The notes beneath the pieces are model-generated. The model worked only from the letters and a program-made list of their open reading frames with translations, was not told where the DNA came from and ran no database searches. This document shows, in pieces, positions 24,262 through 37,039 of a stretch of DNA of 64,000 nt; the first letter of the stretch is position 1; each line of letters opens with the position of its first letter. Both the position numbers and the translations under genes were made by a program. This DNA is from Pristiophorus japonicus (taxonomy: Eukaryota): positions 84,010,001-84,074,000 of the forward strand of contig NC_091993.1 of the NCBI RefSeq assembly GCF_044704955.1, read 5' to 3'.

Positions 24262-27200
24262 TGTGATATATTCACAGAGCACAGCACATACCGCTTCCTA
24301 ACATGGCAGGCAGCTCTCTCGGAAGTCTCCGGAATTGCCTGGTTATGTTTAATGATTAACTCTGCAATTGCAGTACACAATACGTCCACATCCACAATGT
24401 GGAGCTACAAACATTACACGCTTACAGACATTACACTTCTCCCTCCTTAATGAAGAAGCCATCATAACAAACATCATACATAACTTTCATGTTTATACAT
24501 AACACAGGATATAGACTTATTTTTTTCTTTCCATATTTACAAATTTAACTTTACCACTTGTTTTCTGTTTCGAAGAGGATACCTTCGCTCTCCAACAGAA
24601 CCTTCCAAACATGGTGTCGATTTCACACTCATTCGAGGCTCATCCTGAGGAACGTTTTCCTCCATGGAATTTCCTTGATTTTCATTTGAACTCTCTCTAA
24701 CTTCAGGCTCTTTGTTTTCCTGACTCAGACTCAGACTTTCATTCTGATTCTCTCCTGGATATGTTTCCAGTACATTGGATTTAGGATTTGCTACTGGTGT
24801 ATCAAAACTATCTGATGAGTCAGAAATAATTGAATCATTCCCACCTTCAACTCCTTCCATGTCTGTAGCTAAAATATGATCAATATGAACAAACCTAACC
24901 TGTTCATTATCAAACATCTTTACCAAATATGTACGAGGACCACATATCTTCACCACTCTTCCTGGTAACCACTTTAACCATTTATGGTGATGGTTCTTCA
25001 CTCTCACCTTCTGGTTTAATTTCACACTTCTCTCTTTTACTCTACCTTTATCATGATTCTCGTTCTGTCTTAATTGTGTCTCTTCTACGGACTGTGCCAA
25101 ATTTGGCTTTAACAACGAGAATCTGGTTTGTGGCTGTCGTTTGCGAAACAACTCTGCTGGTGTTCTACCAGTAGTTGTATGAGGAGTATTTCGATATGTA
25201 ATCAAAAAATTAGCCAATTTGTGATCCAGTGACAACTGTCGTTTCCTTGGATTTGGATCTAACATTTGTTTTATGAGGGCATGTTTTACAATTTGTACAG
25301 TGCGCTCTGCTGCACCATTCGAAGCAGGATGGTATGGTGGAACCTTGGTATGTTTCACACCATTTTTGCTCGTGAATTGTGTAAATTCTTCTGAACAAAA
25401 TTGTGGTCCATTATCCAAAACAATTTCTTCAGGGAGGCCAAATGAAGAAAATAATTTTCGTAAAATGTCCAATGTTTTACTTGTTGTTATTTTCCACATT
25501 GCAAACACCTCAACCCACTTCGAATGGCTATCAATCACAATGAACAATTGTTGTCCTTCTAACTCAGCAAAATCAATATGTAGCCTTTGCCACACCCTGG
25601 GAGGCCATTTCCATGGTTGTAATGGTACTGGTGGCTGTTGCTTGCTTACCGATTGACATGTCGTACACTGGCTCACGATGTACTCTATATCTTTATCAAG
25701 AACTGGCCACCATAAATAACTGCATGCAAAACTCTTGGTCAAGCACATTCCCAGGTGCTGGTCATGGAGGTCTCCTAATAATTTGGACCTGAATTTATTT
25801 GGTATAACCACTCTTGCACCCCACATGATATAATCTTTATTGACTGATAATTCATTCCTACGAATGAAGAATGGATGTGTATCTTTGTCCGTTACCTGGT
25901 TTGGCCATCCATTTGCAATATACTCCCAACACCTTTGACATCACTGAATCACGTTTGGTTGCTCTACCATCTCTTCAGCTGTGACTGGCAGTTCATCAAT
26001 GTATGAAAAATAAAACACTTCTTCCCTATCGGGTATAACTTGTGATGGGGAAGGCAATCTAGACATTGCATCAGCATTACTGTGATCAGCTGATCGTCTG
26101 TATTCAATATCATATGTATATGCTGACAAAATCAAAGCCCATCTCTGCATTCGGGCTGCAGCTAATATTGGAACTGGGGACTTTGGATGGAGGATTGCTG
26201 TTAAGGGCTTATGGTCCGTAACGATGGTAAACTTACAACCATACAATATTTGTGAAACTTCTTGACCCCAAAAATTAATGCCAAAGCTTCCCTTTCAATT
26301 TGCGCATAATTACTCTCACTGGCACTGAGAGTGCGTGAAGCAAAAACATTTGGTCTCTCCTCCCCACTACTTGATACATGAGAGATTACTGCCCCAACTC
26401 CATATGGGGAGGCATCACATGCTAGCTTAATCTCCTTAGATATGTCACAGTGAACTAACATGGTGCTCTCTACCAATTTGCTTTTACACTCTTTGAATGC
26501 TGTATCGCATTCTTTTGACCACTTCCAATGGACCTGTTTTTTCAAAAGTTCATTCAGTGGATGTAATACTGTAGCCAAATTTGGTCGGAACTTCCCATAA
26601 TAGTTCAAAAGACCCAAGAATGAACGAAGTTCAGTGACATTCCTGGGAGTGGGTGCATTTCTAATTGCATCCAATTTTTTCATGGTTGGATGTAAACCAT
26701 CTTTGTCTACTCTGTACCCTAAGTACTCCACTGAGTTTTTAAATAACTCACACTTACGAGCAGACACTCGTACTCTGTGCTTCTCTAGCCGTTTGAGGAC
26801 TTCACTCAAAATGTTATTATGAATTTGCCTATTTGATGCTGAAATTAGTATGTCATCCAAGTAACATACTACCTCTTGAATACCGTGCAAAATCTGGTTC
26901 ATCACCCCTTGGAATATGGCAGGGGCGGAAGACACTCCAAACGGTAGCCTATTAAATTGATATAGGCCTCGATGAGTATTTATCGTCAAACATGATTTGG
27001 ACTTCTCATCTAGTTCAAGCTGTAAGTAGGCATTCGTAAGATCCAGTTTTGAGAAGACCTGACCACCTGTCAGTGTTGTGAACAAATCTTCTATATTCAG
27101 TAATGTATTGGGGACATTACCCTCTAGAACCTGGTTTACGGTTACTTTATAATCACCACACAATCTTACCTTATCATCGGACTTAGGTACACCAACAATG

Positions 27201-29009
27201 GGGGTGTAGCAAAATTACATCGATCTATCTTACAAATAATGTTCTCAGTCTCTAGTCTTTTGAGTTCTTGCTCAACTTTCTCCTTGAGTGAATGTGGTTT
27301 GTAGTAAACCGACCTAGCATCCTTCTGTACCCTGACACTCGCCTTGAAGCCTTGGATCGGACTGCCCATTTCGCAGAACACCTTCGGATACTGCTTGATA
27401 ACCTCATCCGTTGATGAAAATCTCACTTCCACACACAAAATCTTACTTCAATCCAGCTTCAGTGAGCTCAACCAATTTCTTCTGAGTAAGGCAGACTTGT
27501 CTCCTTTCACTACTATTAGAGGCAAGTTCTGAAATTGATCTTTATATTTCACCAGTACGATGATACGACCTACCACAGGAATTTTCTCTCCCGAGTAGCC
27601 TCGCAGTTCTATCTTGGATTTCTCCAGTTGGAAATCACGCAATTTGTCGCAGTACAGTGACTCAAGTACTACACTCACGGATGCACCCGTGTCAATTTCC
27701 ATTGGTATCTTGAATCCCACAACATCTATGGATTTTGATGCTTTCCGAATCGCTGTCCGTTAACCTCGTGCTCCTGATGACATGTAACTCTAACATCTCC
27801 TCGTCCTGTTGTTGTTCTTCCAAGCTATGTAGTCTCTTGGGATTTCTACTCATAGCTTTGAACGCTGGACTCATAGCTTTGGAAGCTGGTTTACCCTTCA
27901 GTCGGCATGTCTTCGCAAGATGCCCAGTCTTCCTGCAGAAGAAACACTCTGCCTTCACGTATGGACAACTTTGAGCAATGTGTTGTCCCAGGCACCTATA
28001 GCACGACTTCGACGCTCTGTTAGAATTTCTAGTTTCTGAGTCTTTCGGCCATGCCCGTCTTTTACTTTGAACCTGCAGGTGATTTACCTCGGTTGACTGA
28101 CGACCGTAATTATTATTTAATTCTCGGGAATATTGTTCGGCCATGCCCATCGACCTCGCTGTCTGACAAGCAAGCTTAAAAGTCAAGTCATCCGTCATCA
28201 ATAACTTCCTTCTGATCACATCATTTTTCACCCCACAAACAAAACTATCCCGTAATGCTCGGTTTTGAAAGTTTCCAAAATTACAGTGCATCGATAGCTT
28301 TTTTAATGCTACGATGTAATCACTGATACTTACATCAGCCTTTTGATTCCGAATCCCGAAACGATAGCGTTCAGAAATTTCTAACGGTTTGGGGTTATAG
28401 TGCTGTCCAGCTTCGTTAAAATCTCTTTAAGCGTTGTGTCCTTTGGCTCGTCAGGCACAAGCAGATTTACAAGGGTTTCGTATAATGCCGGACCTGCCTC
28501 CGATAAGAAGATCGCTTTCTTACGTTCCAACACAGCCCGGTTCTGGACTGCATTGTCTGGAACTTCAATTATGTTATTTGCAGTGAAATACATTTCTTGC
28601 CGATCCACATTTGCTTTAAAACGTTCCTGGTCGTGTCGATATTCCCCCAAATATCCCAATACACCTGCCATTTTAATCTCTAGCCGTTCACACCACATTC
28701 TGTATTTTACCTCGGATTTTGTAGCTTTTTTCCAAAGACACAAACTTCCAAAGTCTCTCTGTCGGCTGGCTGAATCCTTCACCAACAAAATTTAAGCTTT
28801 AAATCATCCGAAAAATCCCATCTTCCGTCGCCAAATGTGATATATTCACAGAGCACAGCACACACAGCTTCCTAACATGGTAGGCAGCTCTCTCGGAAGT
28901 CTCCGGAATTGCCTGGTTCTGTTTAATGATTAACTCTGCAATTGCAGTACACAATACGTCCACATCCACAGTGTGGAGCTACAAACATTACAAGCTTACA
29001 GACATTACA
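24262..29009 (-). mobile_element. full-length Gypsy LTR retrotransposon (Mag-like)
   Basis: 174-bp LTRs at 24262-24435 and 28836-29009 (6 differences by eye); 5-bp TSD gtttt; PBS 28814-28833 matching the tRNA-Ser(GCT) 3' end (aatcccatc.tcgtcgcca); PPT ttaaggagggagaag. Confidence 0.95.
24537..28671 (-). pseudogene. gag-pol, frameshifted: Gag with two zinc knuckles, protease, RT, RNase H, integrase
   Basis: MAGVLGYLGEY; CYRCLGQHIAQSC..CFFCRKTGHLAKTC; MEIDTGASVS; LPFGVSSAP and YLDD; ACDASPYGVGAV; LHDQHLGM..CTTC, IDFA, LDNGPQF and SNGAAER. Confidence 0.93.
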
Positions 29010-29539
29010 GTTTTTAAGGTTTATTTTAACAGAACCACGTGATGCTGTGGAGCCTGCTGGTCCTGGGCTCTCAATTCTGTACAGCTCCATCTGCTGTGTG
29101 AGCTTGAGTGTTTTTATTTTAAAATGTAAATGTTTTTTTAATGGCAGTTTCAGCATTGTTAGGCATTGTATGAGTGGACCTGAATTTTCCCTCCCTCTCG
29201 CCCTTTACAAACATTGCTCCAGGCCCATTTCCAAGTGGGAAATTATTTTATTTTAAATGAGTAATTGTTTTTAAAACTTGAATGTTTTGCATATTTTGTG
29301 GTTCGCAACTGATGTCCTGCTGTGATAGCCAGTCCCTACCCAGTTTGTCCATCCCTGTTGGCTGTACCCAATCCTGCCCATGATGTGTGTCCACATCTCC
29401 CCCCTCCCTCCCCCCCCCCCCGACCACGTTTGGCAGCATTGGCCTCCGGTTAGAAGCAATTTTCAATTGAATAATGTATTTTAACTTTCTTTTTATTCCT
29501 GCCTTGTATTTTATCCCGAGCTTCACACCTACTGTGTCT

Positions 29540-30475
29540 GCCCCTCCCCACGATCTGCCCGCCCCCTCCCCGCGATCTCCGCGCCCCCTCCCCGCGATCT
29601 CCGCGCCCGTGATCTCCGCGACCGCGATCTCCGCGGCCCCTCCCCACCATTTCCCCGGCCCCTCCCCGCCATCTCCGCGCGCCCCCTCCCCGCCGCCTCC
29701 CCGCCATCTCCGTGCCCCCTCCCCACCATCTCTGCACCTCCTCCCCGCCATCTCCCCGCCATCTCCGCGCCTCCTCCCCGCCATCTCTGCGCCCCCTCCC
29801 CGCCATCTCCGCGCCCCCTCCCCGCCATCTCCGCGCCCCCTCCCCGCCATCTCCGCGCCCCCTCCCCGCCATCTCCGCGCCCCCTCCCCGCCATCTCCGC
29901 GCCCCCTCCCCGCCATCTCCGCGCCCCCTCCCCGCCATCTCCGCGCCCCCTCCGTGCCATCTCCACGCCCCCTCCCCGCCATCTCCGCGCCCCCTCCCCG
30001 CCATCTCCGCGCCCCCTCCCCGCCTCCTCCCCGCCATCTCACTGCGATCTCACCGCCCCCTCCCCGCGATCTCGCAGCCCTCTCCCGCAGTCTCCGCTTG
30101 CCCCCGTCCCCTCGATCTCCTCGCCCCCGCGATTTGATCTCCGTGGCCCCTCTGATCTCTCCACCCCTTCCCCGCGATCTACCCGCCCCCTCCCCACGAT
30201 CTGATCTCCGCTCCACCTCCCCATGATTTCTGCGCCGCCTTCCCGCGATCTCCATGCCCCGTCGCTGCGATCTGATCTCGCCGCCCGCTTCCTGCGATCT
30301 CCTCACCCCCTCCCCGCGATCTCCTCACCCCCTCCCCGTGATCTCCCCTCCCTGCGATCCCCCTCCCCGCCATCTCTGCACCCCCTCTCTGCGATCTGAT
30401 CTCGGTGTCCCCTCCCTGCGATCTCGGCACCTCCTTCCTGCGATCTTGGTGCCCCCTCCCTGCGATCTCCATGCT
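29540..30475. repeat. GC-rich minisatellite, ~23-bp unit cccctccccgccatctccgcgcc
   Basis: Near-perfect units at ~29790-29950, degenerating outwards to gcgatctc variants; strong C/G strand asymmetry. Confidence 0.92.
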
Positions 30476-32373
30476 CCGTCCCTGTTAGTTTGCGTCCCTT
30501 TGGATTCATCAGGTCACGGTCTGATTTCATCCACCCCATTAGCTGTGCCAACCCCGTGGACACAGTCCAATATCACGCCTTATTTGAAATCTCTCTCCTC
30601 AACTCCTATTATTCGAGATCAAATTGGCAATTTCTGAATTGGCTGCAGGGCATTGAAATTGAATTCAAAGTCAGCTCAGACTTTGGATATTTCAGATGTC
30701 TGGAATCCAGCCAGCATAATTAAACAGATGGGTTCCGCTGCCAAATTCCCAGTAGTTCCAACAATATGGGTGGCCATCTAAAGATTCCTCCTGTCCACCT
30801 GCACTGTTGTTTTCTCTAATTCAGAGTTTACATCTTTAAATAAATATTTTAGTCACCTCAGTATCTAATTTTAAATACAATATGCTAGAATTTGAAGCAG
30901 GGAGTCTTCTAGGTTGGGAGAAGAAAGGGAGGAGGGAGCAGCTGTCTATGGGATACTGCAGAAGCAGTCATGGTATCTGAATTAAGTAGATTTCTGCCTC
31001 TATGCATCTTGCACCAGAGAATAGAGAAACAGAAGTGCACAAACAAACGGGAGAAAAGAAAGGAAACAAAAAACAGGACAGAGTTAATTCGAAGAGCACA
31101 CAGTCACGCAAAGTGTCAACATGAAGATGGTTTCCTGTTGTCATTTTTTTGTCAACTTTTCCATTATAAATTCTTATATCCATGTTTATGATGGGGCAAT
31201 CTCTTTCTGAAGTGATTCTTGTCAACAGCAACTTGTATTTATATAGCACATTTAACGTAGTAAAGTGCTTCACAGGAGCGTTATCAAAGGCAATTGGCAC
31301 TGAGCTGAAGGTGGGTGACAGAGGCTACCGGGAGCAAAATGGAGGCAGTCCTCCAAAACCACGTTGGCTGGCATTAAAATTATTTTGGGGATGGAGCAGT
31401 TATTTTCATGACTGCTCGACCCCCACTGGGTTCGCAACTGGCATCACTTGCAGATTACTTGAACCTCTCGTGTCTCTTAACTTACCACCTGTAATTCCAT
31501 TGATACTTCTGACAATCTGTTGCACACTTGTCTTGCTTCCTCTTTAAATACCCTTGTTTCCATCAGACCTCCAATTTAGGCAATAAGTTTGAATACATTT
31601 GGAAAGTGACTAATCTTGCTGTCCGCGTCTTTGCTTTGAAGGCATGCAGTCAGCCCTCAAGTCCTCGCCTTCAAATCCCTCCACTGTCTTGCCCCATCCT
31701 ACCTCAGTGATCTCATCCCTGTGCCTGCACTGCACTTCTCCAACACTGGCTTACTATCTGCTCCGCTCTTGATATCCATGCCTTTGGCCATCAGACTCCT
31801 TGTACATTTTTAAAATTTTGATGCAGTCTACTCTTATTCCACTGAGGGGTGAAGCCAAAGCAATATTGGCGCAATTTGATTCGTCTGGAAGTATTTGTTT
31901 GCACAGTATAAAATAAATGGCATCCAAAACGATCAGGGAACCAAACTCCAACATCATTTGCAGTAGTGACAGCATTATAGCTGAGCGATGGTGAATGGAT
32001 TGTATTATTGTCTTAAATTCAGTGAGAGGTGACTGCATTTATAACGATGGATGGAGAGGAAAAGGCCACCTGGTCCATCAGGTTCACTCTGCCGAGCAAG
32101 CCATGTACAGTTTGCAGTTCCGTGAATATTTCCTGATTTGATATCCTTGCAAGGGAGGTGAATATCCATGAGTAAGACTTGCACAATAAGGACACTGACT
32201 ACCTATTTCCTGAAATTAATTAACCGAAAATTACAGGACGAGAGATGGAACATATTCTTTTTTAACTCTGACCAGTTGAATTCCATGAGCTATTTTCATT
32301 GCCCAAGCCAGAGTGGATTCATCGACAACTTCTAATTCATTGTTGTATAGATAATGTAACTTAAAAAGTTCAG

Positions 32374-32674
32374 TTCTTTGTGAAATGTTTCCACAAATAA
32401 TTGTCTACTGAATTTCATTCAAATATTTCAGATGGTTTAACTCAATTTTCTATTTCTAATTGTATGTGGATGATAATGCCTTAATGTTGAGAAGGCAGGT
32501 GTTTATGATATTAAGCTTAACTTATACAGCTTAACTTAATATCATAAACACCTGCTTTCTAAACATTAAAGCATTATTATCCACATATAATTAGAAATAG
32601 AAAATTGAGTTCAACCATCTGAAGTAATTGAATGAAATTCAGTAGACAATAATTTGGGAATTCACTTCACAGAA
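32374..32674. repeat. long imperfect inverted repeat (~140-bp arms, 19-bp loop)
   Basis: Arm 32374-32515 is the reverse complement of 32535-32674, e.g. gcaggtgtttatgatattaag and cttaatatcataaacacctgc. Confidence 0.9.
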
Positions 32675-32699
32675 TTTATAAACAGAGCACGATTGGTAT

Positions 32700-35595
32700 T
32701 GGGGGGCACTATCTGGTGCTGAAACACTCTTCCATGACTTTGTTACCTCCAGATTTGATTATTCCATGCTCTCCTGGCTGGCCACTCACCTTCAACCCTC
32801 TGTAAATTTGAGCTCATCCAAGTCCAGTTGATCCATCACCCCTGTGCTTGTTGACCTACATTGGTTCCCAGTCCGGCAACGCCTCTATTTTAAAATTCAC
32901 ATAATTGTGTTCAAATCTCTCCATGCCTTTGCCCCTCCATATCTCTGCAACCTCCTCCAGCCCTACATAATAGAAACATAGAAACGTGAAGGAGTAGGCC
33001 ATTCGGCCCTTCGAGCCTGCACCGCCATTCAATAAGATCATGGCTGATCACTCCCTCAGTACCCCTTTCCTGCTTTCTCTCCGTACCCCTTTCCTGCTTT
33101 TCTCCATACCCCTTGATCCCCTTAGCCGTAAGGGCCATATCTAACTCCCTCTTGAATATATCCAATGAACTGGCATCAACAACTCTCTGCTGCAGGGAAT
33201 TCCACAGGTTAACAACTCTCTGAGTGAAGAAGTTTCTCCTCATCTCAGTCCTAAATGGCCGACCCCTTATCCTAAGACTATGTCCCCTGGTTCTGGACTT
33301 CCCCAACATAGGGAACATTCTTCCCGCATCTAACCTGTCCAGTCCCGTCAGAATCTTATACGTTTCTATGAGAGCCCTTCACATCCTTCTAAACTCCAGT
33401 GAATAAAGGCCCAGTTGATCCAGTCTCTCCTCATATATCAGTCCAGCCATCCCGGGAATCAGTTTGGTGAACCTTCGCTGCACTCCCTCAATAGCAGGAA
33501 CATCCTTCCTCAGATTAGGAGACCAAAACTGAACACAATATTCCAGGTGAGGCCTCACTAAGGCCCTGTACAACTGCAGTAAGACTTCCCTGCTCCTATA
33601 CTCAAATCCCCTAGCTATGAAGGCCAACATACCATTTGCCTTCCTCACCGCCTGCTGTACCTGCATGCCAACTTTCAATGACTAATGAACCATGACCCCG
33701 AGGTCTTGTTGCACCTCCCCTTTTCCTAATTGCCACCATTCAGATAATATTTTGCCCGGAAAATGGATAACCTCACATTTAATCCACATTATACTGCATC
33801 TGCCATGCATTTGCCCACTCACCGAACCTGTCCAAGTCACCCTGCAGCCTCTTAGCATCCTCCTCACAGCTCACACCGCCACCCAGTTTAGTGTCATCTG
33901 CAAACTTGGAGATATTACACTCAATTCCTTCATCTAAATCATTGATGTACATTGTAAAGAGCTGGGGTCTCAGCACTGAGTCCTGCGGCACTCCACTAGT
34001 CATTGCCTGCCATTCTGAAAAGGACCCGTTTATCCCGACTTTCTGCTTCCTGTCTGCCAACCAGTTCTCTACCCACGTCAGTACATTACCCCCAATACCA
34101 TGCGCTTTGATTTTGCACACCAATCTCTTGTGCGGGACCTTGTCAAAAGCCTTTTGAAAGTCCAAATACACCACATCCACTGGTTCTCCCTTGTCCACTC
34201 TACTAGTTACATCCTCAAAAAATTACAGAAGATTCGTCAAGCATGATTTCCCTTTCATAAATCCATGCTGACTTGGACCGATCCTGTCACTGCTTTCCAA
34301 ATGCAATGCTATTTCATCCTTAATGATTGATTCCAACATTTTCCCCACTACTGATGTCAGGCTAACCGGTCTATAATTACCCGTTTTCTCTCTCCCTCCT
34401 TTTTTAAAACGTGGTGTTACATTAGCTACCCTCCAGTCCATAGGAACTGATCCAGAGTCGATAGACTGTTGGAAAATGATCACCAATGTATCCACTATTT
34501 CTAGGGCCACTTTCTTAAGTACTCTGGGATGCAGACTATCAGGCCCCGGGGATTTATCGGCCTTCAATCCCATCAATTTCCCTAACACAGTTTTCCGCCT
34601 AATAAGGATATTCTTCAGTTCCTCCTTCTCACTAGACCCACTGTCCCCTAGTACATTCGGAACATTATTTGTGTCTTCCTTCATGAAGACAGAACCAAAG
34701 TATTTGTTCAGTTGGTCTGCCATTTCTTTGTTCTCCATTATAAATTCATCTGAATCTGACTGCAAGGGACCTACGTTTGTCTTCACTAATCTTTTTCTCT
34801 TCACATATTTATAGAAGCTTTTGTAGTCAGTTTTTATGTTCCCTGCAAGCTTCCTCTCTTACTCTATTTCCCCCCTCTTAATTAAACCCTTAGTGTACCT
34901 CTGTTGAATTCTAAATTTCTCCCAGTCCTCAGGTTTGTTGCTTTTTCTGGCCAATTTATATACCTCTTCCTTGGTTTCAACACTATCCTTAATTTCCCTT
35001 GTTAGCCACGGTTGAGCCACCTTCCCCGTTTTATTTTTACTCCAGACAGGGATGTACAATTGCTGAAGTTCATCCATGTGATCTTTAAATGTTTGCCATT
35101 GCTTATCCACTGTCAACCCTTTAAATCCTTTGCCAGTCTATTCTTACAAATTCACGCCTCATACCGTCGAAGTTACCTTTCCTTAAGTTCAGGACCCTTG
35201 TTTCTGAATTAACTGTGTCACTCTCCATCTTAATAAAGAATTCTACTATATTATGGTCACTCTTCCCCAAGGGGCCTCGCACAACAATCTCAGTGCTCCT
35301 TCAATTCTGATCTCTTGAGCATACCTGATTTCCATCGCTTCACTGTTGGTGGCTCTGCCTTCAGCTGTCTAAGCCTGAAGCACTGGAATTTCCTCCCTAA
35401 ACACCTCTGCCTCGCTGCCTCACTCTCTTTTAAGATGCTATTTTTTAAAATCTACCTCTTTGACCAAGCATTTGGCTACCTGGCTTGTATCTCTTTATGT
35501 GGTTTGGTGTGGAATTTTGTCTGGTAACGTTCCTGTGAAGCACCTTAGGGGATGTTTTTACTATCTTAAAGGTGCTCTATAAATGCAAGTTGTTG
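32700..35595 (+). mobile_element. L2-type LINE 3' region split by a CR1
   Basis: L2 coding remnant at 32700-32967 (ctacattggttcccagtcc...ctcctccagccctaca) resumes at ~35288 and ends in the tail aaatgcaagttgtt. Confidence 0.75.
32968..35287 (-). mobile_element. CR1 LINE, 5'-truncated
   Basis: Reverse tail atagaaacatagaaac; RT ORFs 32911-35116 including FADDTKL. Confidence 0.92.
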
Positions 35596-35865
35596 GTCGG
35601 GTGAGTGGGATAGGGAATGTCACTGTGCTGGGAATGACAGATATCTGTGAAGCCCAACCTGCGATGGAAGCTTTAGTTACTTGGGAGCAATCTTTCAGAA
35701 GATATTAAGCGGGAACATGAAGTTCAAGTGGCTTGTAAGTGTTGCCTAAACAAAATTGTTCCTCACTCTCCACTGTTTGTAATGTATGTTTTCAGAGTCA
35801 CATGGGATTTTTTTGGTCTTTCTGTGGTGACAGTGATGCCGATGCATGATCATATAGGGAGGGTT

Positions 35866-35954
35866 AAAGGTCACGACCTGAAACGTTACCTCTGTTTCTC
35901 TCGTCATAGATGTTGCCTGACCAGCTGAGTATTTCAGCATTTTCTGTTTTTATT
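35866..35954 (+). mobile_element. Penelope-like terminal repeat fragment (hammerhead stem II + GAAAC, CTGATGA box lost)
   Basis: aaaggtcacgacctgaaacgttacctctgtttctc...agatgttgcctgaccagctgagtattt; homologous to 14827-14885. Confidence 0.6.
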
Positions 35955-36159
35955 ATTTATGGTTACAACATTATTTCTGTGAATTTATTGAGAAATAATC
36001 TGCAGTTGATTACCCATAAATTCAGCACACAGTATATAGAATATTCCTTCTAATCTTAGGCTACAATACCTCTCAACCATGAACAAATTATGTTTTATTG
36101 GCAGCTACGAATGTTAATTTTTCCACTGGCCACTTAGTTATTTTTTGTGTCCAAATGTT

Positions 36160-36706
36160 ACAAGAACATAAGAAATAGGAGCAGGAGTAGGCCATATGGC
36201 CCCTTGAGCCTGCTTCGCCATTTAACACGATCATGGTTGATCCAATCATGGACTCGGGTCTACTTCCCTGCCCGCTCTCCATAACCCCTTATTCCCTTAT
36301 TGTTTAAGAAACTGTCTATTTCTGTCTTAAATTTATTCAATGTCCCAGCTTTCATAGCTCTCTGAGGCAGCAAACTCCACAGATCCACAACTCTCTGAGA
36401 GAAGAGATTTCTCTTCATCTCAGTTTTAAATGGGTGGCCCCTTATTCTAAGATTATGCCCTCTAGTTCTAGTCTCCCCTATCAGTGGAAACATCCTCACT
36501 GCATCCACCTTGTCAAACCCCCTCATAATCTTATACGTTTTGATAAGATCACCTCTCATTCTTCTGAACTCCAATGAGTAGAGGCCCAACCTATTCAACC
36601 TTTCCTCATAAGTCAACCCCCTCATCTCTGGAATCAACCTTGTGAACCTTCTCTGAACTGCCTCCAAACCAAGTACATCCTTTCGTAAATATGGAAACCA
36701 AAATTG
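36160..36706 (-). mobile_element. CR1 LINE 3' fragment
   Basis: VQFWFPYLRKD...LYSLEFRRMRGDLI; tail aagaacataagaa. Confidence 0.9.
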
Positions 36707-37039
36707 CACTGATATCACTGACTCCATCTGTATATTATGTTCTTGGACACTGGAATGTTGACACGAAGTGGCCGTAATTGACTGAAAAGCACTGGCCAAT
36801 CCATGAAGTAGGAGGAAGGAGAGCTTTCTTTCCAATGCCATGTCCTATTCTATTCCTATTCACCACCAACACTGGGAGTGCAGCAATGCATATTTCAGCA
36901 CAAAGGAAAGACAGAGCATGGTTGGCAATTGAGACTTAGATTATAACTGGGGTCAACAGTGCAGCATTCTGACATTGCAGGTACTGGGGACACTGCAGGT
37001 GTAAGTTCAGATACGTCTGGCTTTCATTCGAATGGATTC

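Noticed and set aside
29177-29200. ggacctgaattttccc as the left TIR of a MITE containing the minisatellite
   Set aside because: No matching right TIR could be found by eye.
29540-30475. CRISPR-like array
   Set aside because: Units are contiguous with no unique spacers, there are no cas genes, and the context is eukaryotic.
29248-30637. Long Gly/Arg- and Pro-rich ORFs (up to 352 aa) in several frames
   Set aside because: By-product of a stop-poor GC-rich 23-bp minisatellite; open on both strands with no domain.
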